This document shows positions 19,605 to 27,961 of a stretch of 34,551 nt of DNA, piece by piece; position 1 is the first letter of the stretch, and each line of letters opens with the position of its first letter. The stretch lies in contig JAUWMD010000001.1 in assembly GCA_030613345.1 (NCBI GenBank), forward strand, positions 1 to 34,551, written 5' to 3'. The notes below the pieces were generated by a model. That model saw only the letters and a list, made by a program, of their open reading frames with translations. It made no database searches and was not told the DNA's origin. Origin of the DNA: Candidatus Krumholzibacteriota bacterium (GTDB lineage Bacteria > Krumholzibacteriota > Krumholzibacteriia > Krumholzibacteriales > Krumholzibacteriaceae). The translations under genes were made by a program, and so were the position numbers.

Positions 19605-21431
19605 ATGAGACGACTGCTGACGCCGTTACTGGCCGTACTGATAGCTTTTTCCCTTGCCGGTTGTATTCCTGCCGGTAAAAGCGGGAAATTGTCCGGTCAG
19701 ACCGACATCGAGGCCTCGGCCTCCGAAGAGGAAGTCTTTCTCCTCTATCCCCAGCTCATGCTGCTCAGCAGGAAACTCGACGAGGCCGAGGCGTATCACA
19801 GCCTGGGCGATCTCGATTACTCCCTCTACCTGAGCGAAGCTCTCATAGGCGATATCAACGATTTCAGGTCGACCGATCCCGATCCTTTCGTCTGCGACCA
19901 TCTCGATAATCTCGAACATAGCGCAATAGTCCTGAACAACCGCATCGAGAACGAGGAAACGGAGAACGAGTGGCACAACCACATGACCTCCGTTATAGAC
20001 GCGATCGGCCAGAACCATGTCGTCGAGGAAGAGATCGAAGTCGTGATAAACTGGCGTACCGAGCACTGGCTCCGGTATTTCCAGGGCAAGGGACGGCGGC
20101 ATTTCACCAGATGGCTCGAACGGGTCGAGATCTACCGCGATATAATCGAGCCTGTCCTCATCAAGCAGGAGCTGCCCCGCGACCTGTTGTATCTCGCCGT
20201 CATCGAGAGTGGCTTGAACCTCGATGCGAGGTCGTGCGTCAATGCGACCGGCCCGTGGCAGTTCATGGCCGGGACGGGGCGTCTCTTCGGACTGCGGATC
20301 AACTGGTGGATCGACGAAAGAAAGGATATCGTTGCTTCCACATATGCGGCCGCCAATTATCTCAAGTATCTCTATAGTCTCTTCGGCAAGTGGGATCTCG
20401 CCCTGGCTGGATACAACGCGGGCGAGTACAGGGTCGCAGCCGCGATCTCGAGGCAGAAGACGGACGACTACTGGCGGCTTCGCCTTCCCAGCCAGACGAA
20501 ATGGTTCGTTCCCAAATACATGGCCGCGCTGATAATCGGACGCGATCCCGCGGCGTACGGTTTCAAGATAGGACATGTCGAACCGCTCACCTTCGACCTT
20601 GTAAGGATCGACCGTTCTACAGATCTCAAGCACATATCAAGGGGTGCAAACTGTACCGTTACCAGGCTGAAGAAACTCAATCCGGCGCTCAAGAGATGGG
20701 CCACGCCTCCTGGCATGGAGATCGATCTCAAAGTGCCCGCCGGGAAGAGCGGCGCTGTCCTCGCCGTACTTGCCGACATCCCTCCCGAAGAACGTGTCTC
20801 CTGGCACAGACACAAGGTCCGCCGCGGCGAGACGCTCTCGAGGATTTCGTCCAGATACGAGATCTCTCAGGCAGAGCTGAAGCGGATCAACAGTATCAGG
20901 AACGCTCACAAGATCAGAGAGGGTATGATACTGCTTATCCCTGTCAAGGACTCAGGGCAGGTCGCCTCCGCAACGAGCAAGCCGAAGTACAAGGAATCGC
21001 CGCATCTCCCGTCGAAGATAACCGTCAGGAAATATACTCCTCCCAGGGGGCATACCAAGGTCGTCTATACCGTCAGGGACGGCGACACCCTGAGCGAAAT
21101 AGCCGAACGGCACCACGTCGGCCTGAGCAAGGTCAGGAAATGGAACAACCTGCGCTACAGCTCAAGAATACATCCAGGTCAGAGCATCGTGATATACCTT
21201 CCCCCCGGCTCGAAGGCGCAGATCGCCGATTCGGGCGGCCGGGAATACGATCCGAAGCGGATGGAAGGAAAGAAGAAGCTATACCACACGGTAAGAAAGG
21301 GCGAGACGCTCACTTCGATCAGCAGGCTTTACAAGGCCAGGGTATCCGACATACTTGCGTGGAACAACAGCGTCAAGAAGGATCTCGTCTACCCCGGTGA
21401 CAGGCTGAATATCTGGGTCGAATCAAACTAG
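19605..21431 (+). CDS. mltD: Membrane-bound lytic murein transglycosylase D-like lipoprotein (SLT domain + 3 LysM)
   Basis: This is the in-frame 3' part of track ORF 19179..21431. ATG 19605 has GGAGG 9 nt upstream and starts a lipoprotein signal MRRLLTPLLAVLIAFSLAGC. The SLT region reads AVIESGLNLDARSCVNATGPWQFMAGTG...LAGYNAGEYRV. There are three LysM repeats (HKVRRGETLSRISSRYEIS..., YTVRDGDTLSEIAERHHVG..., HTVRKGETLTSISRLYKAR...). Confidence 0.9.
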   Translation: MRRLLTPLLAVLIAFSLAGCIPAGKSGKLSGQTDIEASASEEEVFLLYPQLMLLSRKLDEAEAYHSLGDLDYSLYLSEALIGDINDFRSTDPDPFVCDHLDNLEHSAIVLNNRIENEETENEWHNHMTSVIDAIGQNHVVEEEIEVVINWRTEHWLRYFQGKGRRHFTRWLERVEIYRDIIEPVLIKQELPRDLLYLAVIESGLNLDARSCVNATGPWQFMAGTGRLFGLRINWWIDERKDIVASTYAAANYLKYLYSLFGKWDLALAGYNAGEYRVAAAISRQKTDDYWRLRLPSQTKWFVPKYMAALIIGRDPAAYGFKIGHVEPLTFDLVRIDRSTDLKHISRGANCTVTRLKKLNPALKRWATPPGMEIDLKVPAGKSGAVLAVLADIPPEERVSWHRHKVRRGETLSRISSRYEISQAELKRINSIRNAHKIREGMILLIPVKDSGQVASATSKPKYKESPHLPSKITVRKYTPPRGHTKVVYTVRDGDTLSEIAERHHVGLSKVRKWNNLRYSSRIHPGQSIVIYLPPGSKAQIADSGGREYDPKRMEGKKKLYHTVRKGETLTSISRLYKARVSDILAWNNSVKKDLVYPGDRLNIWVESN

Positions 21432-22682
21432 CTTCTCTCCAGCGATCGAACTCCCGCCATCCGGGATATCCGTCCGCGGGATGCGGCCCGCGATGAGGCA
21501 GTTGGTGCCGATACTGATTCCGGACGGTATCCTGGTTCCCTTGGCAACAAGCGTTATCCCGAAGTCAAGATATTCGGACTGGATGTCATTCGCCGTACGA
21601 GCGTTCCCCATGCCCAACACGGCATTACTTCCGACCCGCACTTCCTTGTCCAGTATCGTTCTGACGACCCTCGCACCTTTCCCTATCACGCAATCCTGGA
21701 GGATGACCGAATCCTCGACGACGGCCCCTTTCTCTACTACCACTCCGGGAGAGAGGATGGAAGATCTGACACTTCCGGCGATGACGGAACCGTTGCAGAT
21801 CATCGATCTCTCGACGCTCGAGTCATTCAGCAGGCGCATCGGAGGATAGTCGTCCGGCGCAGTCATCACTCCTCGCCCTTCTCCGGACAATACGAGACGG
21901 GGACGCTTCGAGAGCAGGGAGAGGCTCGCCTGATAGTATGACTTGAGAGTCCCTATATCGAGCCAGAACCCGGCGTATCTGAATGCGGAGATCCTGCCCC
22001 TGCCGACGAGAGCGGGGATGATGTGTTTCCCGAAATCGAGGTCGTCGTGCGACTTCTTCATCCTTTCCAGCGTGCTCATCAGGAACCTGCGGTCGAAGAT
22101 ATATATTCCCATCGAGGCAAGTGTGCTACCGGCCGCAGCCGGTTTTTCGTCGAAGCGAAGTATCTTTCCGCCTGAATTTAGCGTCGCGATCCCGAAATGC
22201 TTCGTCATGCTCCACGGAACATCGGATACTGCAACGGTGACCGGCCTCCCGGACTCGACATGGAATTCGAGGAAATCGCTGTAATCCATGTTGTAGACGT
22301 GGTCACCCGAAAGGATGAGCACATGCTCGCAATCGAGCGACTCGATGATAGACATGTTCTGGTAGAGAGCGTCCGCAGTCCCCCTGTACCAGTCGGCCGC
22401 CCTGTATCCGAGATGAGGATGCAGCACATGAAGTCCGCCCGAGGCCCTGTCGAGATCCCACGGCTTTCCTATGCCGAGGTGGCCTTCAAGAGAGCGGGAG
22501 ATATACTGGGCGAGCACGAAGACCTCTCCGATCCCCGATCTGACGCAGTTCGTAAGCGTAAAGTCTATTATCCTGTATTTGCCTGCGAACGGAACGGCAG
22601 GTTTCGCCCTGTAGGTGGTCAGCAGACTGAGACGTTTCCCGATGCCTCCCGCCAGTATGAATGCCGACATCCTTTTGATCAT
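21423..22682 (-). CDS. glgC: Glucose-1-phosphate adenylyltransferase, catalytic-type paralogue
   Basis: Track ORF. FILAGGIGKRLSLLTTYRAKPAVPFAGKYRIIDFTLTNCVRSGI (intact GGxGxRL loop), WYRGTADALYQN, and a C-terminal left-handed beta-helix. 4-nt overlap with the upstream paralogue. Confidence 0.9.
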   Translation of the reverse strand: MIKRMSAFILAGGIGKRLSLLTTYRAKPAVPFAGKYRIIDFTLTNCVRSGIGEVFVLAQYISRSLEGHLGIGKPWDLDRASGGLHVLHPHLGYRAADWYRGTADALYQNMSIIESLDCEHVLILSGDHVYNMDYSDFLEFHVESGRPVTVAVSDVPWSMTKHFGIATLNSGGKILRFDEKPAAAGSTLASMGIYIFDRRFLMSTLERMKKSHDDLDFGKHIIPALVGRGRISAFRYAGFWLDIGTLKSYYQASLSLLSKRPRLVLSGEGRGVMTAPDDYPPMRLLNDSSVERSMICNGSVIAGSVRSSILSPGVVVEKGAVVEDSVILQDCVIGKGARVVRTILDKEVRVGSNAVLGMGNARTANDIQSEYLDFGITLVAKGTRIPSGISIGTNCLIAGRIPRTDIPDGGSSIAGEKLV

Positions 22683-23863
22683 CCTTCGTCCCTCACCTTT
22701 TTCCCGGGTTCGACGATCCTTCCCTGTCTGACAGTGAGACCATTTCTGATCGAGGCACCTTTTCCTATCACGGTTATATCTCCGGTCATGGGCGAGTCGC
22801 CTCCGATCACGGCTTCAGCTCCGACAATCACATCCTTGTCAAGGATCGACCTCTTTAGACGGGCACCTCTGCGGATCCTCGATCGAGAGAAGACGATGCT
22901 GTCCTTCACGTCGGCGTCTTTCTCAACGACCGTACCAGGAAAGAGGATGCTGCCGCTGACTCTCCCTTCGATCCTGCAACCGCTGGCTACAATCGATCCG
23001 GAAACCTCAGAACCGGCGCAAAAACGGGCCGGAGGGAGATCGTCACCCCTCGTATATACCGGCCATCCACGCTTCGATATCAGCGACGCTCTTCCGAGCA
23101 GCCTCATCGATGCGCCGTAATATGAAGGTATCGAACCGATATCCTCCCAGTAGGCTTCGAACGGAAAGGCATAGACCTTGCCGCCGTCTATAAGCGGAAG
23201 GAGCATGTCGAAGACGATATCGGTCCTGCTCTCCCTGAGAAGACGCTTCAACAGCCGCGCATCGAAAAGGTAGATACCTAACGATGCCCTGTCGCCGGCG
23301 GCCGACCTGACAGGTTTTTCCCTGAACTTCTTTACGAGCCCGTCCTTACGGCACCTGACCATGCCGAACCTTGAGCTCTCTCTCGACGAGACCTTCTTGC
23401 AGGCGATCGTCACCGGCCCCCCGTGTGAAAGATGGTATGAGATAATCTCCCCGTAATCGGCAATATAGACCTGGTCGCCCGACAGGACGAGCACGAGGTC
23501 GCATCCGGAGTTCCTGATGATATCGAGGTTCTGGTAGAGAGCGTCAGCAGTGCCGAAGTACCAGTGTGCCGCCTCGCCACGGTATGACGGCTGGAGAATC
23601 GTTACGCCTCCGTGTTTCCTGTCGAGGTCCCACGGTTTGCCCATCCTGATGTGCTCGATGAGGGATTTGGGGTTGTACTGGGCAAGAATATTGATATCGG
23701 TGAGACCGGAATGAACACAGTTGCTGAGGCAGAAGTCGATTACTCTGTACTGCCCCCCGAAAGGGACCGCGGTCCTCGCCCTGTGTCTCGTCAGTACGGA
23801 AAGGCCCTCGCCCGTTCCGCCCGCTAGTATCATAGTAAGGATCTTCAACGGGCTGTGCAACAC
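22679..23863 (-). CDS. Glucose-1-phosphate adenylyltransferase family protein, GlgD-like (divergent P-loop)
   Basis: Track ORF. GTG start with GGGAG 7 nt upstream. MILAGGTGEGLSVLTRHRARTAVPFGGQYRVIDFCLSNCVHSGL, WYFGTADALYQN. Here the GGxGxRL Arg is Gly, and RAKPAV is replaced by RARTAV. Confidence 0.8.
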   Translation of the reverse strand: MLHSPLKILTMILAGGTGEGLSVLTRHRARTAVPFGGQYRVIDFCLSNCVHSGLTDINILAQYNPKSLIEHIRMGKPWDLDRKHGGVTILQPSYRGEAAHWYFGTADALYQNLDIIRNSGCDLVLVLSGDQVYIADYGEIISYHLSHGGPVTIACKKVSSRESSRFGMVRCRKDGLVKKFREKPVRSAAGDRASLGIYLFDARLLKRLLRESRTDIVFDMLLPLIDGGKVYAFPFEAYWEDIGSIPSYYGASMRLLGRASLISKRGWPVYTRGDDLPPARFCAGSEVSGSIVASGCRIEGRVSGSILFPGTVVEKDADVKDSIVFSRSRIRRGARLKRSILDKDVIVGAEAVIGGDSPMTGDITVIGKGASIRNGLTVRQGRIVEPGKKVRDEG

Positions 23864-23888
23864 CCCCGGGCTCCCGGCAACGGCCCTG

Positions 23889-24941
23889 TCAGTAGGAGAT
23901 GAGAAGCGAGACGCGATGGGTCGTGTCGAGCATATCGTGCATTAGAAGTGCGTAATCGATGCCTAGATTGAAATTCCACGATGTGAAGTCGCGAAGGAGG
24001 AAACCCGCCCCGGCAGTCCACCTGCCCATGTCGTTTCCGCCCCTCAGCGCCACGATGTCGCGGATGAGCAGCTCTGCGCCGAAATGGAAATCGGCGCTGG
24101 AACTTCCGATCCAGTACTGAGAGACCCACTTCCTGTTCTCGAAGCGAAAGTCCCCGTCGACTGCCAGCATGAGTACGCTGTTCATGCTTTTTATATGAAG
24201 CGGCCAGGCCAGGCCGGCCTTGATCGCTGGATAGATAAACTCTCGCTTCCCCGTGCTCCAGCTGATGAACGTCCCTGTAGCGTCCTGCAGCTTCAGGCCC
24301 ACCGCCAGGTCGCGCCAGAGTCCGCGCTTGACGTAGCCGAGGTCGATTCCGAGGCCGAAGCTCGAGACGCCTGTTACCTGGTCGTTTCTTATGAACTTGA
24401 GAGTCGCTCCGACATCTCCGAAACTCATCATCTGTCCATATGTGAGAAATACCGCCATGTCGTTAACGCTCTCCAGCGGAAAATTCCTGTAGTCGAAATT
24501 GAGACTCTCGCCGTTCCACGGCTCGAACCTGTCGTCGCCGTCATCATCGCCGCCTATCATACCTTCGTTCATCGGCACTATGCGGATATCGTCGATACCC
24601 ATGTGTATGAGCGAAATTCCCCATCCGGACTTTCCGTTTTTCAGCGGGAAGGCGGCGGAGAAGTAGTTGTAGTCGATCAGCTCTCCGAACCTCTCGGAAT
24701 GCATGAGAGACATCTCCCAGCTGCCGGGAGTCGTCAGAAAGGACGAGAAATCGGCGATTCCAGCCGGATTCCAGTAGGTAGTCGTCGCGTCGTTCGCGAC
24801 GGCTATGAAGGTGCCCCCCATTGCCATTGCCCGTGCGCCGCCGCCGAGGGCCATGAATTCACCGGCATACTTCTCCGCCGATACGCCGGCGGCCAGGACG
24901 GGTATGATGAGCAGGCACGACAAGAAGATACGAATCCTCAT
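23889..24941 (-). CDS. Outer-membrane beta-barrel protein, PorV/PorQ-family-like
   Basis: Track ORF. Signal peptide MRIRIFLSCLLIIPVLAAGVSA. The N-terminal motif FMALGGGARAMAMGGTFIAVANDATTTYWNPAGIA is as I recall it for PorV/PorQ-type barrels. Alternating beta-strand pattern and a C-terminal aromatic (..VSLLISY). Confidence 0.6.
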   Translation of the reverse strand: MRIRIFLSCLLIIPVLAAGVSAEKYAGEFMALGGGARAMAMGGTFIAVANDATTTYWNPAGIADFSSFLTTPGSWEMSLMHSERFGELIDYNYFSAAFPLKNGKSGWGISLIHMGIDDIRIVPMNEGMIGGDDDGDDRFEPWNGESLNFDYRNFPLESVNDMAVFLTYGQMMSFGDVGATLKFIRNDQVTGVSSFGLGIDLGYVKRGLWRDLAVGLKLQDATGTFISWSTGKREFIYPAIKAGLAWPLHIKSMNSVLMLAVDGDFRFENRKWVSQYWIGSSSADFHFGAELLIRDIVALRGGNDMGRWTAGAGFLLRDFTSWNFNLGIDYALLMHDMLDTTHRVSLLISY

Positions 24942-25026
24942 GCACTTCTCCGATTTCCCAGGGGATATATCTTAAGATCTCCAAATCTATTTGCAGCGAC
25001 TATCGGCTGGCACCTGTAACATACTA

Positions 25027-25055
25027 ATTATAACAGACGCCGTAATCCGAAACAA
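25027..25055 (-). promoter_or_regulatory. Sigma70-like promoter for the outer-membrane protein gene (TTGTTT-N17-TGtTATAAT)
   Basis: The minus strand reads TTGTTT (25055-25050), a 17-nt spacer ending in TGT, then a perfect TATAAT (25032-25027). It lies ~85 nt upstream of ATG 24941. Confidence 0.5.
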
Positions 25056-25084
25056 ATATTAAAAAGGGCTTAAGAACGACCGTT

Positions 25085-26581
25085 TCATACCAGACCGTAC
25101 TCCCTGAGCCTCCTGTAAAGGGTCCTCTCCGACATGCCCAGCTGCCTGGCGGTCCTCCTCCTGTTTCCTCCGTTCATTGTGAGGGCGTCGCGGATCGCCT
25201 CCTTCTCGATACTGTTCATATCGGGGTGTTGGTTCTCGCCGGCCTCCTCCACCTCTATCCACGTACCCCATCTTCCAGGGACGGAGGATTGCCCGGGTCT
25301 CTCCCTCAGCATGTGCAGGATCTCCCGTACATCATTGTGAAGCGAGAGAAGGGAATTCATGATCAGCTCTCTCTCCACCTCCTCTCGGGTCTTGTGGACA
25401 TGTATAGGCAGATCGGGAAAGGCCTGGCTCTCCCTGCCGAGCCTCTCCTGAAGCCTTTTCGTGATTTCCTCCGCATTTATAACAGGATTTCGGCTCAGCA
25501 CGATCAAGTTGTCTATCATGTTCGCGAGTTCGCGCACATTGCCGGGCCAGGGGTAACGGATGAGCATCTCCATGCCTTTGCGGTCGATTTTCTTTCTCGA
25601 CTTTTCATGTCTGGCCGATGACCGGAGCAGAAAATGCCTCACGAGGAACGGTATGTCCTCCTGCCTTGCCCTGAGGGGCGGGATTCTTATCTGCACGACC
25701 TTGAGCCTGTAATACAGGTCCTTCCTGAAGACCCCCTGCTCGACGGCTGTCTCGAGCTCCCTGTTGGTGGCGGAGATCAGCCTCACGTCGGCGTGGAGCC
25801 TCTCGACGCCGCCGACCCTGATAAACTCTCCCGTTTCGAGAACCCTGAGGAGCTTGACCTGCATCCCCAATGACATCTCGCCGACCTCGTCAAGAAGGAG
25901 CGTTCCACTATCCGCGCGTTCGAAAAGCCCGCGTCTTCTCGATACGGCGCCGGTAAACGCGCCCTTCTCGTGTCCGAAAAGCTCGCTCTCGAGTACGCCC
26001 TCGGCGAGAGCGCCGACGTTCACGGCCTCGAACGGCTTCGAGTTGCGCCGGCTCATCATATGTATAGCCTTCGCAGCCAGCTCCTTGCCTGATCCGCTCT
26101 CCCCCTCGATGAGCACCGACACATCTGTCGGGGCGACCTGCATCGTCATCTCGAGCATCTCGTTGAGAGGTTCGGAGCGCCCGACGATTCCCGTGGCGCA
26201 CTTCAGCCGTCGAAGCGCGATGAGGTTGATCGCCCGGACAAAGAAATCCTCCCTATCGACCGGGTCCGAGATATAAAGGTCGACGCCCGCCCTTCTCTCG
26301 GACTCCACGACCTCTTCCTTCCTCGCGGGGCCGAACACGATAGCGTCGAACTGTATGAAAGTCCTGGTGAATCTCTTGATGAGAGTGAGGTAATTCGAGT
26401 TCTCGCCGGAAGAATCCAGGACAAATATTATGCCGCCCGCCGGCTCATCGAGCCCGAGCGCCTCGGAAACGGACAAGAGTCTTCGAAGATGCAGGCTCTC
26501 CTCTGCGGCGAGATCCTCGAGGACCTCGCTGACTTCCTCCCTGTCGGCAAGTGCCCATATCTCGGGATTCATGCCGGTCAC
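25085..26581 (-). CDS. Sigma54-dependent transcriptional activator (EBP) with a degenerate receiver-like N-terminal domain
   Basis: Track ORF. AAA+ core: GESGSGKELAAKAIH, ESELFGHEKGAFTGA (canonical GAFTGA), LLLDEVGEM, RLISATNR, WPGNVREL. C-terminal Fis-type HTH RRTARQLGMSERTLYRRLREYGL. GTG 26581 overlaps the upstream stop (GTGA). ATG 26572 has GGAG 8 nt upstream and is an equally good start. Confidence 0.9.
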   Translation of the reverse strand: MTGMNPEIWALADREEVSEVLEDLAAEESLHLRRLLSVSEALGLDEPAGGIIFVLDSSGENSNYLTLIKRFTRTFIQFDAIVFGPARKEEVVESERRAGVDLYISDPVDREDFFVRAINLIALRRLKCATGIVGRSEPLNEMLEMTMQVAPTDVSVLIEGESGSGKELAAKAIHMMSRRNSKPFEAVNVGALAEGVLESELFGHEKGAFTGAVSRRRGLFERADSGTLLLDEVGEMSLGMQVKLLRVLETGEFIRVGGVERLHADVRLISATNRELETAVEQGVFRKDLYYRLKVVQIRIPPLRARQEDIPFLVRHFLLRSSARHEKSRKKIDRKGMEMLIRYPWPGNVRELANMIDNLIVLSRNPVINAEEITKRLQERLGRESQAFPDLPIHVHKTREEVERELIMNSLLSLHNDVREILHMLRERPGQSSVPGRWGTWIEVEEAGENQHPDMNSIEKEAIRDALTMNGGNRRRTARQLGMSERTLYRRLREYGLV

Positions 26582-27951
26582 TCCATTTCGTAAAGTTTTG
26601 TCTTCTCCCTGAGCGTCTGACGGCTTATGCCCAGAATACGCGCCGCATGGGATTTGTTTCCCCCGGTCTCGCCGAGAGTTTTCATTATCAGTATCTTCTC
26701 CATCTCGCGTATGCTCATCGGCCCGATACCGGCCAGTTCCTCCACACCGTTTCTCTCGCCGTCGTCGAGGTGTGTGCCGGAGATCTCTGCGGGGATGTGT
26801 TCCGGAAGGAGTTCATCATCTGCGTCGAGCAGGATCGCCCTTTCTATGACGTTCTTCAGTTCTCTCACGTTGCCCGGCCAGGAATATCCCTGGAGGATTT
26901 TCAGTACGTCCCTGCCGGCCTTCTTGATGTTTTTCTTGAACTCTTTATTGAACATTGAAATGAAATGGTTCGTGAGAAGGGGGATGTCATCCTTCCTGTC
27001 CCTCAGCGTGGGAAGGTTTATCGGTATGACCTGCAGCCTGTAGTACAGGTCGTTCCTGAATAAGCCTTCCTTGATCGAGACCTTCAGGTTCCTGTTGGTC
27101 GCCGAAATGATCCTCGTGTTGATGCGAAGGTCCTTGACCCCTCCGACCCTTCTGAACGTCTTGTTTTCCAGAACGCGGAGCAGCCTGCTCTGCAGGGTAA
27201 TTCCCATCTCGCCGATCTCGTCGAGAAAGATCGTTCCGCCCTCGGCGAGTTCGAAAAGGCCCTTCTTCCTCGCCTTGGCGTCGGTAAATGCCCCCTTCTC
27301 ATGCCCGAAAAGCTCGCTCTCGAGAAGCGTCTCGGGCAGGGCGGCGCAATTGATCTCGAGGAAGGGCCTGGTTTTACCGCCTTCGCTAGCATCGTGTATT
27401 GCCCGGGCGACGAGCTCCTTTCCCGTACCGCTCTCGCCCTGGATGAGGATCGTGCTGGCCCTGCTCTTGCCGATCTTCCTGATTGTCTGGAAGATCTCCT
27501 TCATCACTTCGCTTTTCCCGATGAAGCTCTTGATGTTGTAATGCTCCCTGTCCTTCTTCCTTATCCCGTCGAGCTCGGTCTTCAGCTGTCTGTTCTCGAG
27601 GGCATGCCTGATCGTCAGCTTCATCTTCTCGAGCTGGAAGGGCTTCAGCATGAAATCGTATGCGCCGTTCTTGAGCGCGTTGACGGCAGTCTCTACCTCG
27701 CCGTAAGCCGTCATCATGATGATGGGCAGATCGGCGTCCTCTTTTTTCAGCGTTTTGAGGATGTCTATGCCGCTCTTGTCGGGAAGCTTCAGGTCGAGGA
27801 TGACGATATCGGCCGGATCGTCACGGAACGACTTGATTCCCGTCTTCCCGTTCTCGGCCTCAGCCACGTCGTACCCATCGTTACGGAGCGCTTCTCCCAG
27901 CGACCACCTGATTGCCTTCTCGTCGTCTATTATCAGGACTCTTCCCGGCAT
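26578..27951 (-). CDS. NtrC-family sigma54-dependent response regulator (REC + AAA+ + HTH)
   Basis: Track ORF. REC: RVLIIDDEKAIRWSL...DIVILDLKLPDKSGIDIL...IIMMTAYG. AAA+: GESGTGKELVARAIH, ESELFGHEKGAFTDA (GAFTDA variant), IFLDEIGEM, WPGNVREL. HTH: NKSHAARILGISRQTLREK. Confidence 0.93.
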   Translation of the reverse strand: MPGRVLIIDDEKAIRWSLGEALRNDGYDVAEAENGKTGIKSFRDDPADIVILDLKLPDKSGIDILKTLKKEDADLPIIMMTAYGEVETAVNALKNGAYDFMLKPFQLEKMKLTIRHALENRQLKTELDGIRKKDREHYNIKSFIGKSEVMKEIFQTIRKIGKSRASTILIQGESGTGKELVARAIHDASEGGKTRPFLEINCAALPETLLESELFGHEKGAFTDAKARKKGLFELAEGGTIFLDEIGEMGITLQSRLLRVLENKTFRRVGGVKDLRINTRIISATNRNLKVSIKEGLFRNDLYYRLQVIPINLPTLRDRKDDIPLLTNHFISMFNKEFKKNIKKAGRDVLKILQGYSWPGNVRELKNVIERAILLDADDELLPEHIPAEISGTHLDDGERNGVEELAGIGPMSIREMEKILIMKTLGETGGNKSHAARILGISRQTLREKTKLYEME

Positions 27952-27961
27952 ACCTGTCCTT

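Noticed and set aside
21423-21431. 9-bp overlap of the convergent 3' ends of mltD (+) and glgC (-), with no terminator between them
   Set aside because: This is real in the sequence, but overlapping convergent stops are common in compact genomes. Nothing further suggests a regulatory role.
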